Assembly: GCA_964630775.1 (NCBI GenBank)
Contig: CAZVYY010000014.1
Span: 14,333 to 78,332, forward strand
Origin: an uncultured Pirellulales bacterium
GTDB taxonomy: Bacteria > Planctomycetota > Phycisphaerae > Sedimentisphaerales > Anaerohalosphaeraceae
Length of the DNA stretch: 64,000 nt
Reading direction: 5' to 3'
A program made the position numbers and the translations under genes. This document shows positions 9,866 to 21,000 of this stretch, in pieces (position 1 is the stretch's first letter; each line of letters starts with the position of its first letter). Below the pieces are notes generated by a model. It was not told the origin of the DNA. It made no database searches and saw only the letters and a list, made by a program, of their open reading frames with translations.

Positions 9866-11518
9866 CTACTCTAACACTAAAACGGGATTCCAAAATACAC
9901 ACCAGTCACTGTCGATACTCTTCCATCGTGAACCATCCTCATAGAGGCGATTATCAGAATCCCCGCCATCAGTGGCCACCAGCGTCAAAAACCGATCCTC
10001 CGGCTGCAACACCACACAAATCGTATCCCGTTTTCCTATGTTCATGATATTGCGTCTGCTGTATTGCAGCTTTCCATCCACCAGAATCCAGACATCCGCA
10101 TTCGGCGTGCGAGGGGCCAGGGCACTGATATCCAGTTCGGCCTTAAACGCCTTGATATTGATATTGGGCAGCCTGGAGCGAACAGCATCCAGATCAAATG
10201 TAATGCCGAGATTGGCATGCAGCAGCATGCTGGGCTCTTTGGACAGGCTGGCAGCCAATTCCGCATCCGAGACCATAAACTGAGGACGATTGGCGATCTC
10301 GGTGTAATAGTTTCCTTGTGTTGGCGGGCAGGCCTCAAAGACATGCCCCCGGGAACTGATCGTTTGCGGGATTTTGCCATCCGGGACAAACACACCATCC
10401 ACAAACGGATTATGGGGCACCAGGACGTACTCGTTGTCGGCATAGCGATCAACTGTTCGAATTTCAGTGAGCATTCCAGTGGTCGGATCGATTCCGCAGT
10501 TGGTTCTGCCGGTTTCGAAGCCGTCGCCGCCGCCAATCACATCGGCCAGATTCAGCGGCTCTCCCCGCCAGATCAGTTTCCGGGACGAATCCAGACGCCG
10601 GACAAACTGGTTTTCACCCAGCCGCATTTCGCGGGTTTGACCGGTCAGATACTCCACGTATCGCGCCATTCCTGTCGTTAACAGAACACTGCCCTTGCGT
10701 TCGCCCTGCTCGCCGGCCAGCAGCGACGCCTTGCCGTTGAACAGATGAACGCTGCTGGACCCGCTGGATTCGACCTGAACGCCAAACTCCGTCCCGAGGT
10801 CCACCACGCCGGCACTGGGGGTATCCACAACAAATCCCACAGCCTGTGGTGGAATCCGGGCCAGCATCCTGCCGCAATACAGATACATATTCTCTTCCGA
10901 CAGAACAGCAAATTCCGCCGGGCCTTCGACAATAATTTCGGAACCGTAATCAAAGACAATTTTGGCACACCCCGACAGCAGCGATATCCGCCTGCCGTCA
11001 TCATAAAGCCGCTGTCCGGCCTGCAAGGCCCCGGATTCCCCCCAGGTCGCCTGGATGGAATCCGTCAGAACCGCCACCGAACTGGACGCAACACGGGGAT
11101 AGAATGTGGCATAAGCAATCATCATCAGCAGCGCCGCGATCGAGCCGGCAGCCATCCAGAGATTCAGAGGAGTCACCTGCCCGAACAGGCGTCTGTTTCG
11201 AACGTCTTTACCCCCTGATACAATCGGCGTCGAATCGGGCTTCTCAATCTTTGGAGCCCCTTTTTCATTTTCCGCCAGCAGGTTAAACAGGGAATTATAG
11301 CATTCCAGGGAAACGTCTTGCGGTGCGCCTGAAAAGGAGATTTTGCCGGGCTGAGACAATGCCACATAGAGCATGGTAAATTCGATATAATAACAGGCGG
11401 CTTCCGGTTCATGGTCAAGCCATTGCACCAGTTGCTCGTATTCGGCCGGAGTGATGGTGCCCTCCAGCTTTCGGAGAATCAATTCATCCAGTTCAATGGG
11501 CCAGCGACGTTCGTTCAT
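9866..11518 (-). CDS. FecR-like transmembrane anti-sigma factor with long C-terminal extension
   Basis: The N-terminal anti-sigma helix region reads LILRKLEGTITPAEYEQLVQWLDHEPEAACYY. One TM segment is present (LWMAAGSIAALLMMIAYATF), followed by a FecR-type beta domain and ~240 extra residues. The start is set at MNERRW, whose ATG overlaps the sigma-factor TGA as ATGA. Confidence 0.85.
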   Translation of the reverse strand: MNERRWPIELDELILRKLEGTITPAEYEQLVQWLDHEPEAACYYIEFTMLYVALSQPGKISFSGAPQDVSLECYNSLFNLLAENEKGAPKIEKPDSTPIVSGGKDVRNRRLFGQVTPLNLWMAAGSIAALLMMIAYATFYPRVASSSVAVLTDSIQATWGESGALQAGQRLYDDGRRISLLSGCAKIVFDYGSEIIVEGPAEFAVLSEENMYLYCGRMLARIPPQAVGFVVDTPSAGVVDLGTEFGVQVESSGSSSVHLFNGKASLLAGEQGERKGSVLLTTGMARYVEYLTGQTREMRLGENQFVRRLDSSRKLIWRGEPLNLADVIGGGDGFETGRTNCGIDPTTGMLTEIRTVDRYADNEYVLVPHNPFVDGVFVPDGKIPQTISSRGHVFEACPPTQGNYYTEIANRPQFMVSDAELAASLSKEPSMLLHANLGITFDLDAVRSRLPNINIKAFKAELDISALAPRTPNADVWILVDGKLQYSRRNIMNIGKRDTICVVLQPEDRFLTLVATDGGDSDNRLYEDGSRWKSIDSDWCVFWNPVLVLE

Positions 11519-12060
11519 CCCTGCATCTCCCACGCATTCAGGGTCAGCCGGACACAGCGCACCAGCGATCGATGAATTCGCGCCATGACTTTATACATGC
11601 CCGTAACCGGACGCTGCATCTGTTCTGCAATTTGCTTAATCGTCATTCCTTTTTCGTATCGCACCTGAATCAGTCCGCGATCATGATCCTGGAGTTTCAG
11701 AAGACACTGCTGCAACGCCCTGACCTGATCGTCCATCTGTTCGAGTTTTTCCGAGGCAATATGATTGATGTACTCGACGAGGTGATCCGAGAAAAATTCA
11801 TATTCGCTCTTTTTTCGTCGATGATATTCAAGCACCTTATTGCGCGCAATGGTGATGCCCCAGGCGCCGAAATTCGTTCCCGCCTGAAATTCATCGAATT
11901 TCTCCCACATCAGCGCGACGACGTCCTGCATCAGATCTTCAGCATCTGCGGGACGATGGACCATCGCCAGCAAATAGGCATAAATCGGCTTTTGATGAAC
12001 AACAAACAGCCTCAAAAATTCAACACTAAAACTATCTTTTTTTGTTGATATGTCACCCAT
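11515..12060 (-). CDS. ECF (sigma-70 family) RNA polymerase sigma factor
   Basis: 181 aa. Region 2 reads DAEDLMQDVVALMWEKFDEF...FGAWGITIARNKVLEYHRR. Region 4 reads LIQVRYEKGMTIKQIAEQMQRPVTGMYKVMARIHRSL. It resembles the Rhodopirellula/Verrucomicrobium-type ECF family and is translationally coupled to the anti-sigma gene. Confidence 0.9.
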   Translation of the reverse strand: MGDISTKKDSFSVEFLRLFVVHQKPIYAYLLAMVHRPADAEDLMQDVVALMWEKFDEFQAGTNFGAWGITIARNKVLEYHRRKKSEYEFFSDHLVEYINHIASEKLEQMDDQVRALQQCLLKLQDHDRGLIQVRYEKGMTIKQIAEQMQRPVTGMYKVMARIHRSLVRCVRLTLNAWEMQG

Positions 12061-12338
12061 CGCTTCTACCTATCTCCTCTGGCTTCATAATATATATGAC
12101 CTGATCGACACAAATTAGAGCAAGAAAATTTGCCTATTTGTTGTATTTGCACATTTTTCTGGACGCAATAAGTCTATTATTAATGGCTGTCGTGGAAGAA
12201 TAAGCTGAATTTCAGGGATTTGAAATAGCGGCTATGTGACAGGGGTTAATTCTTGACTGAACTGCGCAGCATTTTTTTAATCCCTGGATTTTATCAGGCA
12301 TTTAAAAGAATCGTTTCAGGCGGGCAAAAAGGCGTTTT

Positions 12339-13301
12339 TCAGTGTTGAAAATGAACCGTCGAAATCAGGTATTCGCTGTCGGACAGAAATTGCAGATAGC
12401 CTTCCATCGCAGCGGGCACCAAAAAGGTATCACCGGCCTTGAAAGGGACGGGCGAAAAATCATTGCCCATCCACTGGCCGTGACCGGTCAGAAATACGAT
12501 GGCTTTCATCGTTCCCGGATCGATGAGAACCTGGGCCCCGGCAGTCTGATGCCGTTTGTACACCTGAAATTCGTCGGCATCCACCAGGCAGCCGACAGAG
12601 CGAACCGGCAGTTTGTCGGCGGTCAGATCAAACCGGATGCTCTGCATCGCCTCCTCAACATGGAGCTGGCGGGGTTTGCCGGTGGTGGAATCCACGCGGT
12701 TCCAGTCAAATACACGATAGGTCGTGTCGGATGGCTGCTGAATTTCTGCAATCAAAAGCCCGGCGCCGATGGCATGACAGGTTCCCGAAGGCAGGAAGTG
12801 ACATTCGCCAACCTGTACCGGCACCCGTTCCAGCAGTTCGGCACAAGTACCGTTCTGAACGGCCTGACGAAATTGTTCCGATGTCGTTCCGGGCTTGACG
12901 CCTTTATAGATGGCGGCACCCGGCTCGGCCTGAAGAATATACCAGCACTCGGTCTTGGGGTCGCCCTTGCCCATGGTTTTGCAGGTCTGGGCATCGGGAT
13001 GGACCTGGACGCTGAGATCTTCGCGGGCATCGATGAATTTAATCAGCAGCGGCAGCGGACCTGTGAAATCTTTGTGCCCGGTGATTTGATGCGGATAGCG
13101 ACAGAGGGCTTCGGACAGGGTTAATCCGGCCAGAGGACCATTGTCGATAACGGTTTTGTCTTGCGGTAAATCAACCAGCTCCCAGCTTTCACCGATGAGC
13201 TGGTCTGCCGGCAGGGTTTTGCCGAAAACATCGTGTAATTTCCTCCCTCCCCAGATACGGGACTTGAAGAGGGGTCTGCATTGTAATGGATATAATTTCA
13301 T
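12339..13301 (-). CDS. manA: Mannose-6-phosphate isomerase, class I
   Basis: The N-terminus MKLYPLQCRPLFKSRIWGG, then GESWELVD, LSVQVHPD and a cupin core with HAIGAGLLIAEIQQPSDTTYRVFDW, are typical of type I PMI. Confidence 0.85.
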   Translation of the reverse strand: MKLYPLQCRPLFKSRIWGGRKLHDVFGKTLPADQLIGESWELVDLPQDKTVIDNGPLAGLTLSEALCRYPHQITGHKDFTGPLPLLIKFIDAREDLSVQVHPDAQTCKTMGKGDPKTECWYILQAEPGAAIYKGVKPGTTSEQFRQAVQNGTCAELLERVPVQVGECHFLPSGTCHAIGAGLLIAEIQQPSDTTYRVFDWNRVDSTTGKPRQLHVEEAMQSIRFDLTADKLPVRSVGCLVDADEFQVYKRHQTAGAQVLIDPGTMKAIVFLTGHGQWMGNDFSPVPFKAGDTFLVPAAMEGYLQFLSDSEYLISTVHFQH

Positions 13302-13429
13302 AGGGAGGCATTATAGCAGTCCGGGTTTAATTGTCCACAAAATTGGGGCAAAAACCACGAAATACCTCCTCTGCATACTTTAATCCTTACAACGCAGACC
13401 CATCGCGCTTACCTATCACAAAAATCTGT

Positions 13430-15142
13430 TTATTTGAGCATTTTGAAGGTATTTTCACCGCCGTTGAGCAGATAGACCAGCGGCTGGGGACGATCCGTAC
13501 CTTCGATAAAGGCCGGTCGGGCCGCCCACGGGGCCACACTCAATACGCCGGTCAAATCCATCCAGTATTGCAGACGGGAAACCGGCAGATTCCAGGTCAT
13601 GTGGAAATGGTTGGCGGGGGCAAACTGCTTATACTCGACCATGCTGGCGTATTTAGGAACGACAAAGGTATGCGGCCAGTTCCAGTTGGTCAGGTTGCAC
13701 ATCGCCTGGCCCAGCCTGGTCGGCACGCTGGTCGTATAGGCTTCATCCCAGATGAGGCTGAATTTGTTATTCAGGGCACTGTAAGCCATACGTGCAGCAA
13801 TTCCGTTGATGCCTTCGGGAGTCATGAACGTCACGCTGTTGCCGCCGCCGGGGAAGTAGCCCTCATCGGCCAGAGGCATGGAGATGCCTTTCATAATATC
13901 TTTCTGGCTTGCACCGGGTTTGGCCGCCCAGTCAAAGGCAGCGCTGCCGGAGTTGTCGCCATCAACGAGGCCTTTGACGATAAAATCGGCCTTCGGATTG
14001 ACCTTGACGCCGACTTTTTTGGCCAGGGCGTTGATTTCCCAGCCTTCCCAGACCTTGCGGAAATCCATAAACAGCGGCGGATTGCCGCCGGACAGCCAGG
14101 TCATAAACAGCATGGTCAATAATCCCTGTGCATCCGCTTCGGTCGCATAAGGCAACGGTGCCTTGGGGCCATTGTGGTCGAAGGTGCTGTTGAACATGGA
14201 TTCCATCGCATCGGCCACCGGCATCGGGATGCCCCGACGATCGCTGCCCCATTCCAACTGGCTCATGAATCCGCCGCCGACGGCGTTCAGGTCGGCCATC
14301 AGATCCCGGGTAATCAGATACATCGCAAGGCTCTGATTGAACCGCTGGCTGTCGGCTTCGGTCTTGATTTCAAGACGTTTTCCGATGGAACTGTCGATCC
14401 AGCCTCGAAGGGCCTTGAGTTCTTTCTTATCATAGGATTCCCTGTTGAGCATGTCGGCCAGCAGCTTCATATCGAGGCGTGTGATTTCCAGACCGAAGGT
14501 GTTGCGTGTCGGCAGAACATGAGCCAGGGCGGTTTCCATGCCCATGGAATCATGGCCGAATATCATCACACGCCGGCCGCGCAGTGCCACAGCGGCCACG
14601 GCAGCATAGCACCAGTCAATCAATGCCGTCGCGGTCGCGTCGCTCATTTTGGGATTAAGTCCCGTATCCGGCCAGTTCCCGACATTCAGGTGGACCATCT
14701 TGCCGTACTGGCTGATGGCGCCGGCTGCGGCATGGGCATAGACGACGCCCGGCTTGGGGCCGCTGTTGCCGCAGGTGATATTCAGCGGTGTTTCTTTGGG
14801 GAACTGCTGGAGCAGGGATATGGTGGTCAGCTGCGGAAACGCCCAGGTATCCGGTGCACAGACCAGGATATTGACGCCGGCCTGACGAAATTGCTGAGCA
14901 ACGACATCCGCCTGCGACTCACTGTCCACCAGGACGGACGAATACACCACCGGCACGGGGGTTTTATCCGGCAGAACCACCTGGCCGGAAATCGTATCGG
15001 CAACCATCCCAATAATATTCTGTGCCCGGGTTCGGCTGTCCTGGTCAATACGCGGATCGCAGGGAGCAAAAACGCCAATCACAGGGATTCGCGGTGAGGC
15101 TTTTTTGATATTGTCAAGACATTGTGCTTTTAAAGTTCCCAT
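13430..15142 (-). CDS. fucI: L-fucose isomerase family protein
   Basis: 570 aa. The blocks NSTFDHNG, ATEADAQG, FMDFRKVW, NSGSAAFDW and YFPGGGNSV line up with NSSFDWNG, ATENDSLNG, FADVRTYW, NSGSAALDG and YFRGGGYSS of E. coli FucI as I recall it. It sits next to a GH29 fucosidase. Substrate specificity is not proven. Confidence 0.75.
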   Translation of the reverse strand: MGTLKAQCLDNIKKASPRIPVIGVFAPCDPRIDQDSRTRAQNIIGMVADTISGQVVLPDKTPVPVVYSSVLVDSESQADVVAQQFRQAGVNILVCAPDTWAFPQLTTISLLQQFPKETPLNITCGNSGPKPGVVYAHAAAGAISQYGKMVHLNVGNWPDTGLNPKMSDATATALIDWCYAAVAAVALRGRRVMIFGHDSMGMETALAHVLPTRNTFGLEITRLDMKLLADMLNRESYDKKELKALRGWIDSSIGKRLEIKTEADSQRFNQSLAMYLITRDLMADLNAVGGGFMSQLEWGSDRRGIPMPVADAMESMFNSTFDHNGPKAPLPYATEADAQGLLTMLFMTWLSGGNPPLFMDFRKVWEGWEINALAKKVGVKVNPKADFIVKGLVDGDNSGSAAFDWAAKPGASQKDIMKGISMPLADEGYFPGGGNSVTFMTPEGINGIAARMAYSALNNKFSLIWDEAYTTSVPTRLGQAMCNLTNWNWPHTFVVPKYASMVEYKQFAPANHFHMTWNLPVSRLQYWMDLTGVLSVAPWAARPAFIEGTDRPQPLVYLLNGGENTFKMLK

Positions 15143-15176
15143 CTATATATCCTTCCTTTCATTATGTCATTATTTT

Positions 15177-16961
15177 TTATTTTGCCGGTTTTAAGGTCAG
15201 ACTGCGGATATTAATCGGAGCCCATGCATTATTGTCGGGCTTAATCTGCAGCAGATATTCCCCCGCAGTCTTGATCTCAACTTGTCCAAGCTTCTGGTCG
15301 GCGAAGGAATCATAACCGCCGGTTGATGTTACGGATGCGTTGAGCTTCTGATTATCCACCAGAATCTGGAACTGGCTTTTCTCACTGGCACAGGCAGCAC
15401 TGGCGACGATATCAAATCGTCCGGGCTTTGTAATCTTGAATCCCCAGTCCACCGTCACGCCGGAAGCCGTCCAGAATCCGATATTCGGTATGCCGCCCTT
15501 TTCTTCCACCCGGGCATCAGATCCGTTAAAATTGTGAATATTGGCCTGTATTGCCGACAATACGATGGTGCCGTCTGCGGCCTGTGTCAGCAGTTGTTTC
15601 TCGACTTTCAATTCACCGGAAAGAGGTACAACAACGACTGTCGCAATCGGATCCAGGGCTTGGGCCGGGAGTGTAATGACAACACCTTCATCCGTGGCTT
15701 GCGTCTTCAATGCAGCAGAGTTGGCCAGCAGATACGCGTTTTTCACATCGCTCTTCAGGCCGGGCAGCAGCAGTTTGCCATCCTGCGGCCAGGTAAAGAC
15801 ATGCAGATACAGCGTTGTCCCTTTTGCGGTGACTTTCTTCGTGCAGCGGCCCCATTCCAGCTTGGCAAACGGACTGGCGGTGGTTCCGTAAATGGATTCA
15901 CCATTGACTTTCATCCACGCACCGACTTTCTTCAGACGTTCGATGCTGGGCTGAGGGATTTCGCCTTCGGCGGTCGGGCCGACGTTCAGCAGGTAGTTGC
16001 CGCCCTTGCTGGCAATATCAATCAGGTTGCGAAGCAGGGTCTGGGTCGATTTCCAGTTATCATCATAGCTCTTAAAGCCCCAGGTATCGTTCATGGTCAT
16101 GCAGGTTTCCCAGTCACGGTCTTTGTAGCCGGTAGCCGGGATATGCTGTTCGGGGGTTTCACTGTCGCCGGGGTAGCCGCCGCCCAGGCGGTTGTTGGTG
16201 ATAATGCCGGGGTGTTGTGACATAACCGGCTCAAACATCTGTGCACGTTCTTTGTTCATATCACAGGGCGTATCCCACCAGAGGACAGCAATATCGCCAT
16301 AATTGGACAGGATTTCCTCGACCTGCGGAACCGCGATATTTTTCAGGTACGCATCCATGCCGGTATTTTGTGCAGCCGGGTCCCAGTAACCGCTGCAGGC
16401 GGAACCGCCCTGGCACCAGTCCTGAGCCTGAGAATAATAGAATCCCAGCTTAATGCCATGCTTTTTACAGGCGTCGGCCAGAGGCTTGAGCAGGTCTTTG
16501 CCATAAGGTGTCGCATCAACCACATCCCACTTGGATACCTTGGAATCAAACAAGGCAAATCCATCGTGGTGCTTGGAGGTAATGACAATATATTTCATGC
16601 CGGCTTCTTTGGCCAGTTTGACCCAGGCTTCGGGATCATATTTGACGGGATTGAACTGGGCAGCATATTTCTGATATTCTGCCACGGGAATTTTGCCATG
16701 ACACATAATCCACTCGCCGATGCCGCCGACTTTCGTGCCATTATGCGTACCGGCCGGAACGGCATACACGCCCCAGTGAATGAACATTCCGAAACGAGCC
16801 TCACGCCACCATTCCAGACGTGCATTGCGCTGTTCGGGAGTTTCGTTCTCGTAAGGCCATCGGGCTTCGTTAGCCGCCTTCGAGGTACAGCCGGTCACTA
16901 GTACCATAGCTATAATTTGAATCAAAAGAGGCATGACAAATAACGATCCTTTTTTTCTCAT
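15177..16961 (-). CDS. Alpha-L-fucosidase (GH29) lipoprotein with C-terminal carbohydrate-binding module
   Basis: A lipobox is present (LVTGC). The GH29 core reads WWREARFGMFIHWGVYAVPAG...YIVITSKHHDGFALFDS...YGDIAVLWWD. The C-terminal ~130 aa form a beta-sandwich-like CBM. Confidence 0.9.
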   Translation of the reverse strand: MRKKGSLFVMPLLIQIIAMVLVTGCTSKAANEARWPYENETPEQRNARLEWWREARFGMFIHWGVYAVPAGTHNGTKVGGIGEWIMCHGKIPVAEYQKYAAQFNPVKYDPEAWVKLAKEAGMKYIVITSKHHDGFALFDSKVSKWDVVDATPYGKDLLKPLADACKKHGIKLGFYYSQAQDWCQGGSACSGYWDPAAQNTGMDAYLKNIAVPQVEEILSNYGDIAVLWWDTPCDMNKERAQMFEPVMSQHPGIITNNRLGGGYPGDSETPEQHIPATGYKDRDWETCMTMNDTWGFKSYDDNWKSTQTLLRNLIDIASKGGNYLLNVGPTAEGEIPQPSIERLKKVGAWMKVNGESIYGTTASPFAKLEWGRCTKKVTAKGTTLYLHVFTWPQDGKLLLPGLKSDVKNAYLLANSAALKTQATDEGVVITLPAQALDPIATVVVVPLSGELKVEKQLLTQAADGTIVLSAIQANIHNFNGSDARVEEKGGIPNIGFWTASGVTVDWGFKITKPGRFDIVASAACASEKSQFQILVDNQKLNASVTSTGGYDSFADQKLGQVEIKTAGEYLLQIKPDNNAWAPINIRSLTLKPAK

Positions 16962-17095
16962 ACAGACTCTCCTTAAATTAGTGTTTTCTGGAACAAGTTT
17001 TTCGATGCATAGAGAGTAAACAGGTCAACCTGACAAAACAATGTAAAATTAAAAGTTTTAATGGATTATTTACAGATTTTTATTATTATCCGGAA

Positions 17096-18007
17096 ATGTT
17101 CGGACTCAAACACATAATCGACAATATAGATATCAATATCCTGAATATTGAACATTACACTGTGGGTAAGGAATGGAATTACCGCAACGTGAACAATCCT
17201 TATTCCAGGATTTACTATATTACCAGCGGCTCAGGGCTTATCGAGCATCATAACCAGACTTTTTCGCTGGAACCGGGCCATTTTTATCTGATTCCCTGTT
17301 TTACGCCAGTCAGAATGTATTGCCCGAACCAATTCAGTCACTATTATATCCACTTTACATGCAGAACGCCGACCGGCATGGATATTCTTTCGATGCTGGA
17401 CTGCCATTACCATATCCCCACTCCTTCGGGTTTGATTAACGAAGCCATTTTCAAACGGCTGCTGGAACTGAATCCCAATCGTCAGTTGCCTGAATACGAT
17501 GCCAATAAGCCGATTTATCAGGCCGTGCTGGAAAATGCCAACCAGTTGGATAACGCCAAGTCTCCTGCCAGCCTGATTGAAACCAACGCCCTGATGCGGC
17601 TGCTTTTGTCGGCTTTCTTTGCGGATTATTCGGATACTGAAGTGCAATCGGCCTTGTATGGATTATCGCGTTTTAATGCGGTCATTAACCATATCCATAC
17701 CCGGCTGGACAGTCCAATGACCATCCGCGAACTGGCCAAAATCGTCCATCTGAACCCAACTTATTTCTCGAATTTATTCAGCAAGCTGATGGGGATATCT
17801 CCGATTCAATATATCAATAAAAGACGGGTTGAAAAAGCCCAGTCCCTGCTGCTGACTACAGATGCCACACTTTATACCATCGCCCAAAAGGTCGGCTTCC
17901 AGGATGAATACTACTTCTCACGGATATTCAAGAAGATCACCGGGATTGCACCACAGCATTATCGCCAGCAGAATATCCTGCTGCACCAGCGTGACAGCCG
18001 TGTCTGA
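17096..18007 (+). CDS. AraC family transcriptional regulator
   Basis: The N-terminus is a cupin-like sensor domain. The C-terminus is the double-HTH AraC signature (MTIRELAKIVHLNPTYFSNLFSKLMGISPIQYINKRRVEKAQSLL...GFQDEYYFSRIFKKITG). It is divergent from the GH29 gene across a 134-bp shared region. Confidence 0.92.
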   Translation: MFGLKHIIDNIDINILNIEHYTVGKEWNYRNVNNPYSRIYYITSGSGLIEHHNQTFSLEPGHFYLIPCFTPVRMYCPNQFSHYYIHFTCRTPTGMDILSMLDCHYHIPTPSGLINEAIFKRLLELNPNRQLPEYDANKPIYQAVLENANQLDNAKSPASLIETNALMRLLLSAFFADYSDTEVQSALYGLSRFNAVINHIHTRLDSPMTIRELAKIVHLNPTYFSNLFSKLMGISPIQYINKRRVEKAQSLLLTTDATLYTIAQKVGFQDEYYFSRIFKKITGIAPQHYRQQNILLHQRDSRV

Positions 18008-18016
18008 AAAGTCATC

Positions 18017-21000
18017 CTATTGCTGCTGCAGAATCTTCACGGGACCAAGCAATCCGGAATCTGCGGGTTTCCAGTCCGGTTTAACCTGAATATTCGTATT
18101 GGTAAGCCGCTTTTCTTTGGGGAGTTTTTCGTCTGCCAGCAGGCGATTCCTCCAGGAATTGACCACAGCAATCTCCACTGTATTTGTACCGGATTTGAGT
18201 GCTTTGGTAACATCCACACGGAACGGGCTGGTCCAGACCACACCTAAATCTGTGCCGTTAAGTATGACTCGGGCAATACCGGAGTCTTCGACCCGCCCCA
18301 GATCCAGAAGATACGATGTTGACGAATCTAAACGGTCGATCGTAAATCCTTTGCGATAAACAGCTTTCCCGGAATAATCCTGAATCCCCTGCTGAGGATG
18401 TGATTTCCAACTCATCAGGTCGTCAAAGATAATCTCCTCCGGCCCACCCCATCGGGTATCAAAACGCACTGTCCAGGGGCCGGGGATTTCCATAACTGGT
18501 TGGTAATCGGGGAAATTGGCTTGAGCGGGGCCGGATTGGGTTTGAGGAATCGCTTGGTTAAATACAATAATCTGCGAACCATTCGGAGCAAAACGCAGGG
18601 GGATTGTCGTCCTGCCATCGTGCTGCTGGAAAGCGGATGCCATTTGCCGCTGTCCTGTGAGTGGATTCCACAACTCCGGCTGGCGTCCGGCAACACGGAA
18701 TGTACATTGCACATCCAGCTCTTTTTCCTGTTGATTGCAGACAAAATAGACATCCCTGCCCTGAATTATGTAGTGGATATAATCGATAGTCAAAGAGGGG
18801 AGGTCTGTCTCAAAATCGGGCCGCAGCTTCTGTTCCAAAAGCACCTGCCGGGCAGTCTTGCCCCACAGGATTTTGCCTTTTCCAAACGTATTGGAGCCTG
18901 CTGCATCAGCGGAGCTGCCCCATAATTGGTCCGTAAGCGTTTTAAATTCCGTATCCGAGGCCGGGTAGCCCACAAGGCTGGCCGTCTTTTGCGGCCTGGG
19001 ACCAAGTACAATCCCGCCCTGTTCGACCAGGTCCTTTACTTTTTTGAGGACCGCCAGAGAAAGCACTTTATGGTTGGGTAAAACCAGCAGGCGATATCGC
19101 ACTCCGCTTTTCAGGACGATCTGCCCCTGTTCTACGGATGCAAAGTTCAGCAGAGCTTCTTCATTGATCACGTCATAATCATAGCCCGGCAGCACCCCGG
19201 CCGGATCGGACTCTTTGAGCGGCATCAGGTTCGGGACATGGTCGCCATAGTAATACAGAACATCGGCAACGAACTGCCCCTGCTGAACCAGATACTGACA
19301 GCGCGTCATATAGCTGATAAAGCCCTCGGCTTCATTCCACCAGGTCACCTGCGGATTAAAGTGCGTACCCGCAAAATATTCCTGGCCTGGAAAGCCCATG
19401 GATTCGGGCGAACAGGTAAACGTATGAACAAAGGCCAGATTCAGCCCCGAACAAATCTCATGGTCGAAACTGGGCTTCTGGGCTTTCCACAGGACGTCGT
19501 CCCAGTGCGGGCCGATGGTCGTAAAGGACTCGGCACCCACTAATTTTTTGCCATAGATATGAGCAGCCGAGGACGATTGCTTGACGAAAAACCGCTGTTC
19601 CGGCCTGGGCCGATGCGGTGACGGCGCCCAGAATTCCCCCATCATCATATCGTTGCGTCCAAGGCATTTGATGGCATCGAACGGCCCGGCGTGGGGCCCG
19701 CCGGATTCCGGATGAATGCCCATGTTGTACTTATGGGACAATTCCGCAAAAAGCTGATAATGGTCCGCCACGCAATCCCCCAGTGTCTTGCGGAAATCAG
19801 CCAGGAAGCGATTGCTCAAGTCCCTGCTGCCAACAATCTTTCCGGCAATCACCGGTAGATACGGCAGCAAATCATATCCGCGATAGGCTTGAAATTGCCG
19901 GCGCAAATTCGGTGTCCAATTGGAACCGCCGCATTCCCAACTGTCGGTATGCAGGTACTTGAGCGTCTTGCCGGCCAATGGCCTGATGTCGTTTAAAAGC
20001 GGTTCAACCGCCTGCCGCCAGTAAAAACGCAAAGCCTCCGGATCCATATAATCAATCACCAGTCCCTTCCACTGGCCGCTATAGGTGGACACCTCGGCAC
20101 CATTGACAGTATAACCAAACCGCAGGACCACCCAGTCGCCCGCAGGACAATCCCATTGAAGATTTCCCTGTGAATCCATTTTATCAGTCAAATCGAGAAT
20201 CTGACCGGCCAACACATCCGGCTCGGATTCGACGGCTTCCTCTTCCAGCAGAAAACGACAATCCGGGGCCGACATTCCCAACTCCTGAAACATCGCTTTC
20301 AAAGCCAAATCGCGAAGAGGTCGGGATTGCAATGCTGGTGAAACCGAAACAGGCTGGTTGTCTTTGCCGACAAAATGGATTTCAGCAATCTGGACATTGC
20401 GAGGGGACTGCGATGCATGAGGATCATAGGCATCTGTAATTAACAGGCGAAACAGGGTACAGGCTGAAGGGGTAAATGGTTTCGATGTTTTCTTCCCATC
20501 GTCCAGCGTCATGGAGCCAAGCAAGTTGAACACCACGCCATCGGAAGAGGCCTGTAATTGACACGCTTTGGGGCCATATCCGGGACGCCCCTGAATCGTA
20601 ATGCCGGAAAGGATAGTCGGTTCGGCAAAGCGGACTTCAAGCCACTGCGGCTTCTGAGCCGAAGGCCCCTGCCCTGCTGATGTTCCCTCCGAAACCCAGA
20701 ATGTCTCGATATTTCCATCGATCGCCAGTGCAGCGGGATATTCCGGCTGAGCGGAACTGGAACGAATTTCGGTTTTTCCCCGAACGGAGGCCTTTTTAAC
20801 CGGATAGGCAAGAATCGCGATATCGCGATAATAATTGCTGCGTTTTTTCGGTTCGGCAAGCTTCAGATTAACCTTTTGCGGACCCGAAATCATCTGTTCC
20901 GACCAGGTCAGCATCTTGGCCGCATAATCCGGCGTAATCATCGGGCCGCCGAGGTTCCAGCCGCTCTGGATGCACAGGCTTAGCTCCAGACCAAGCCGGT

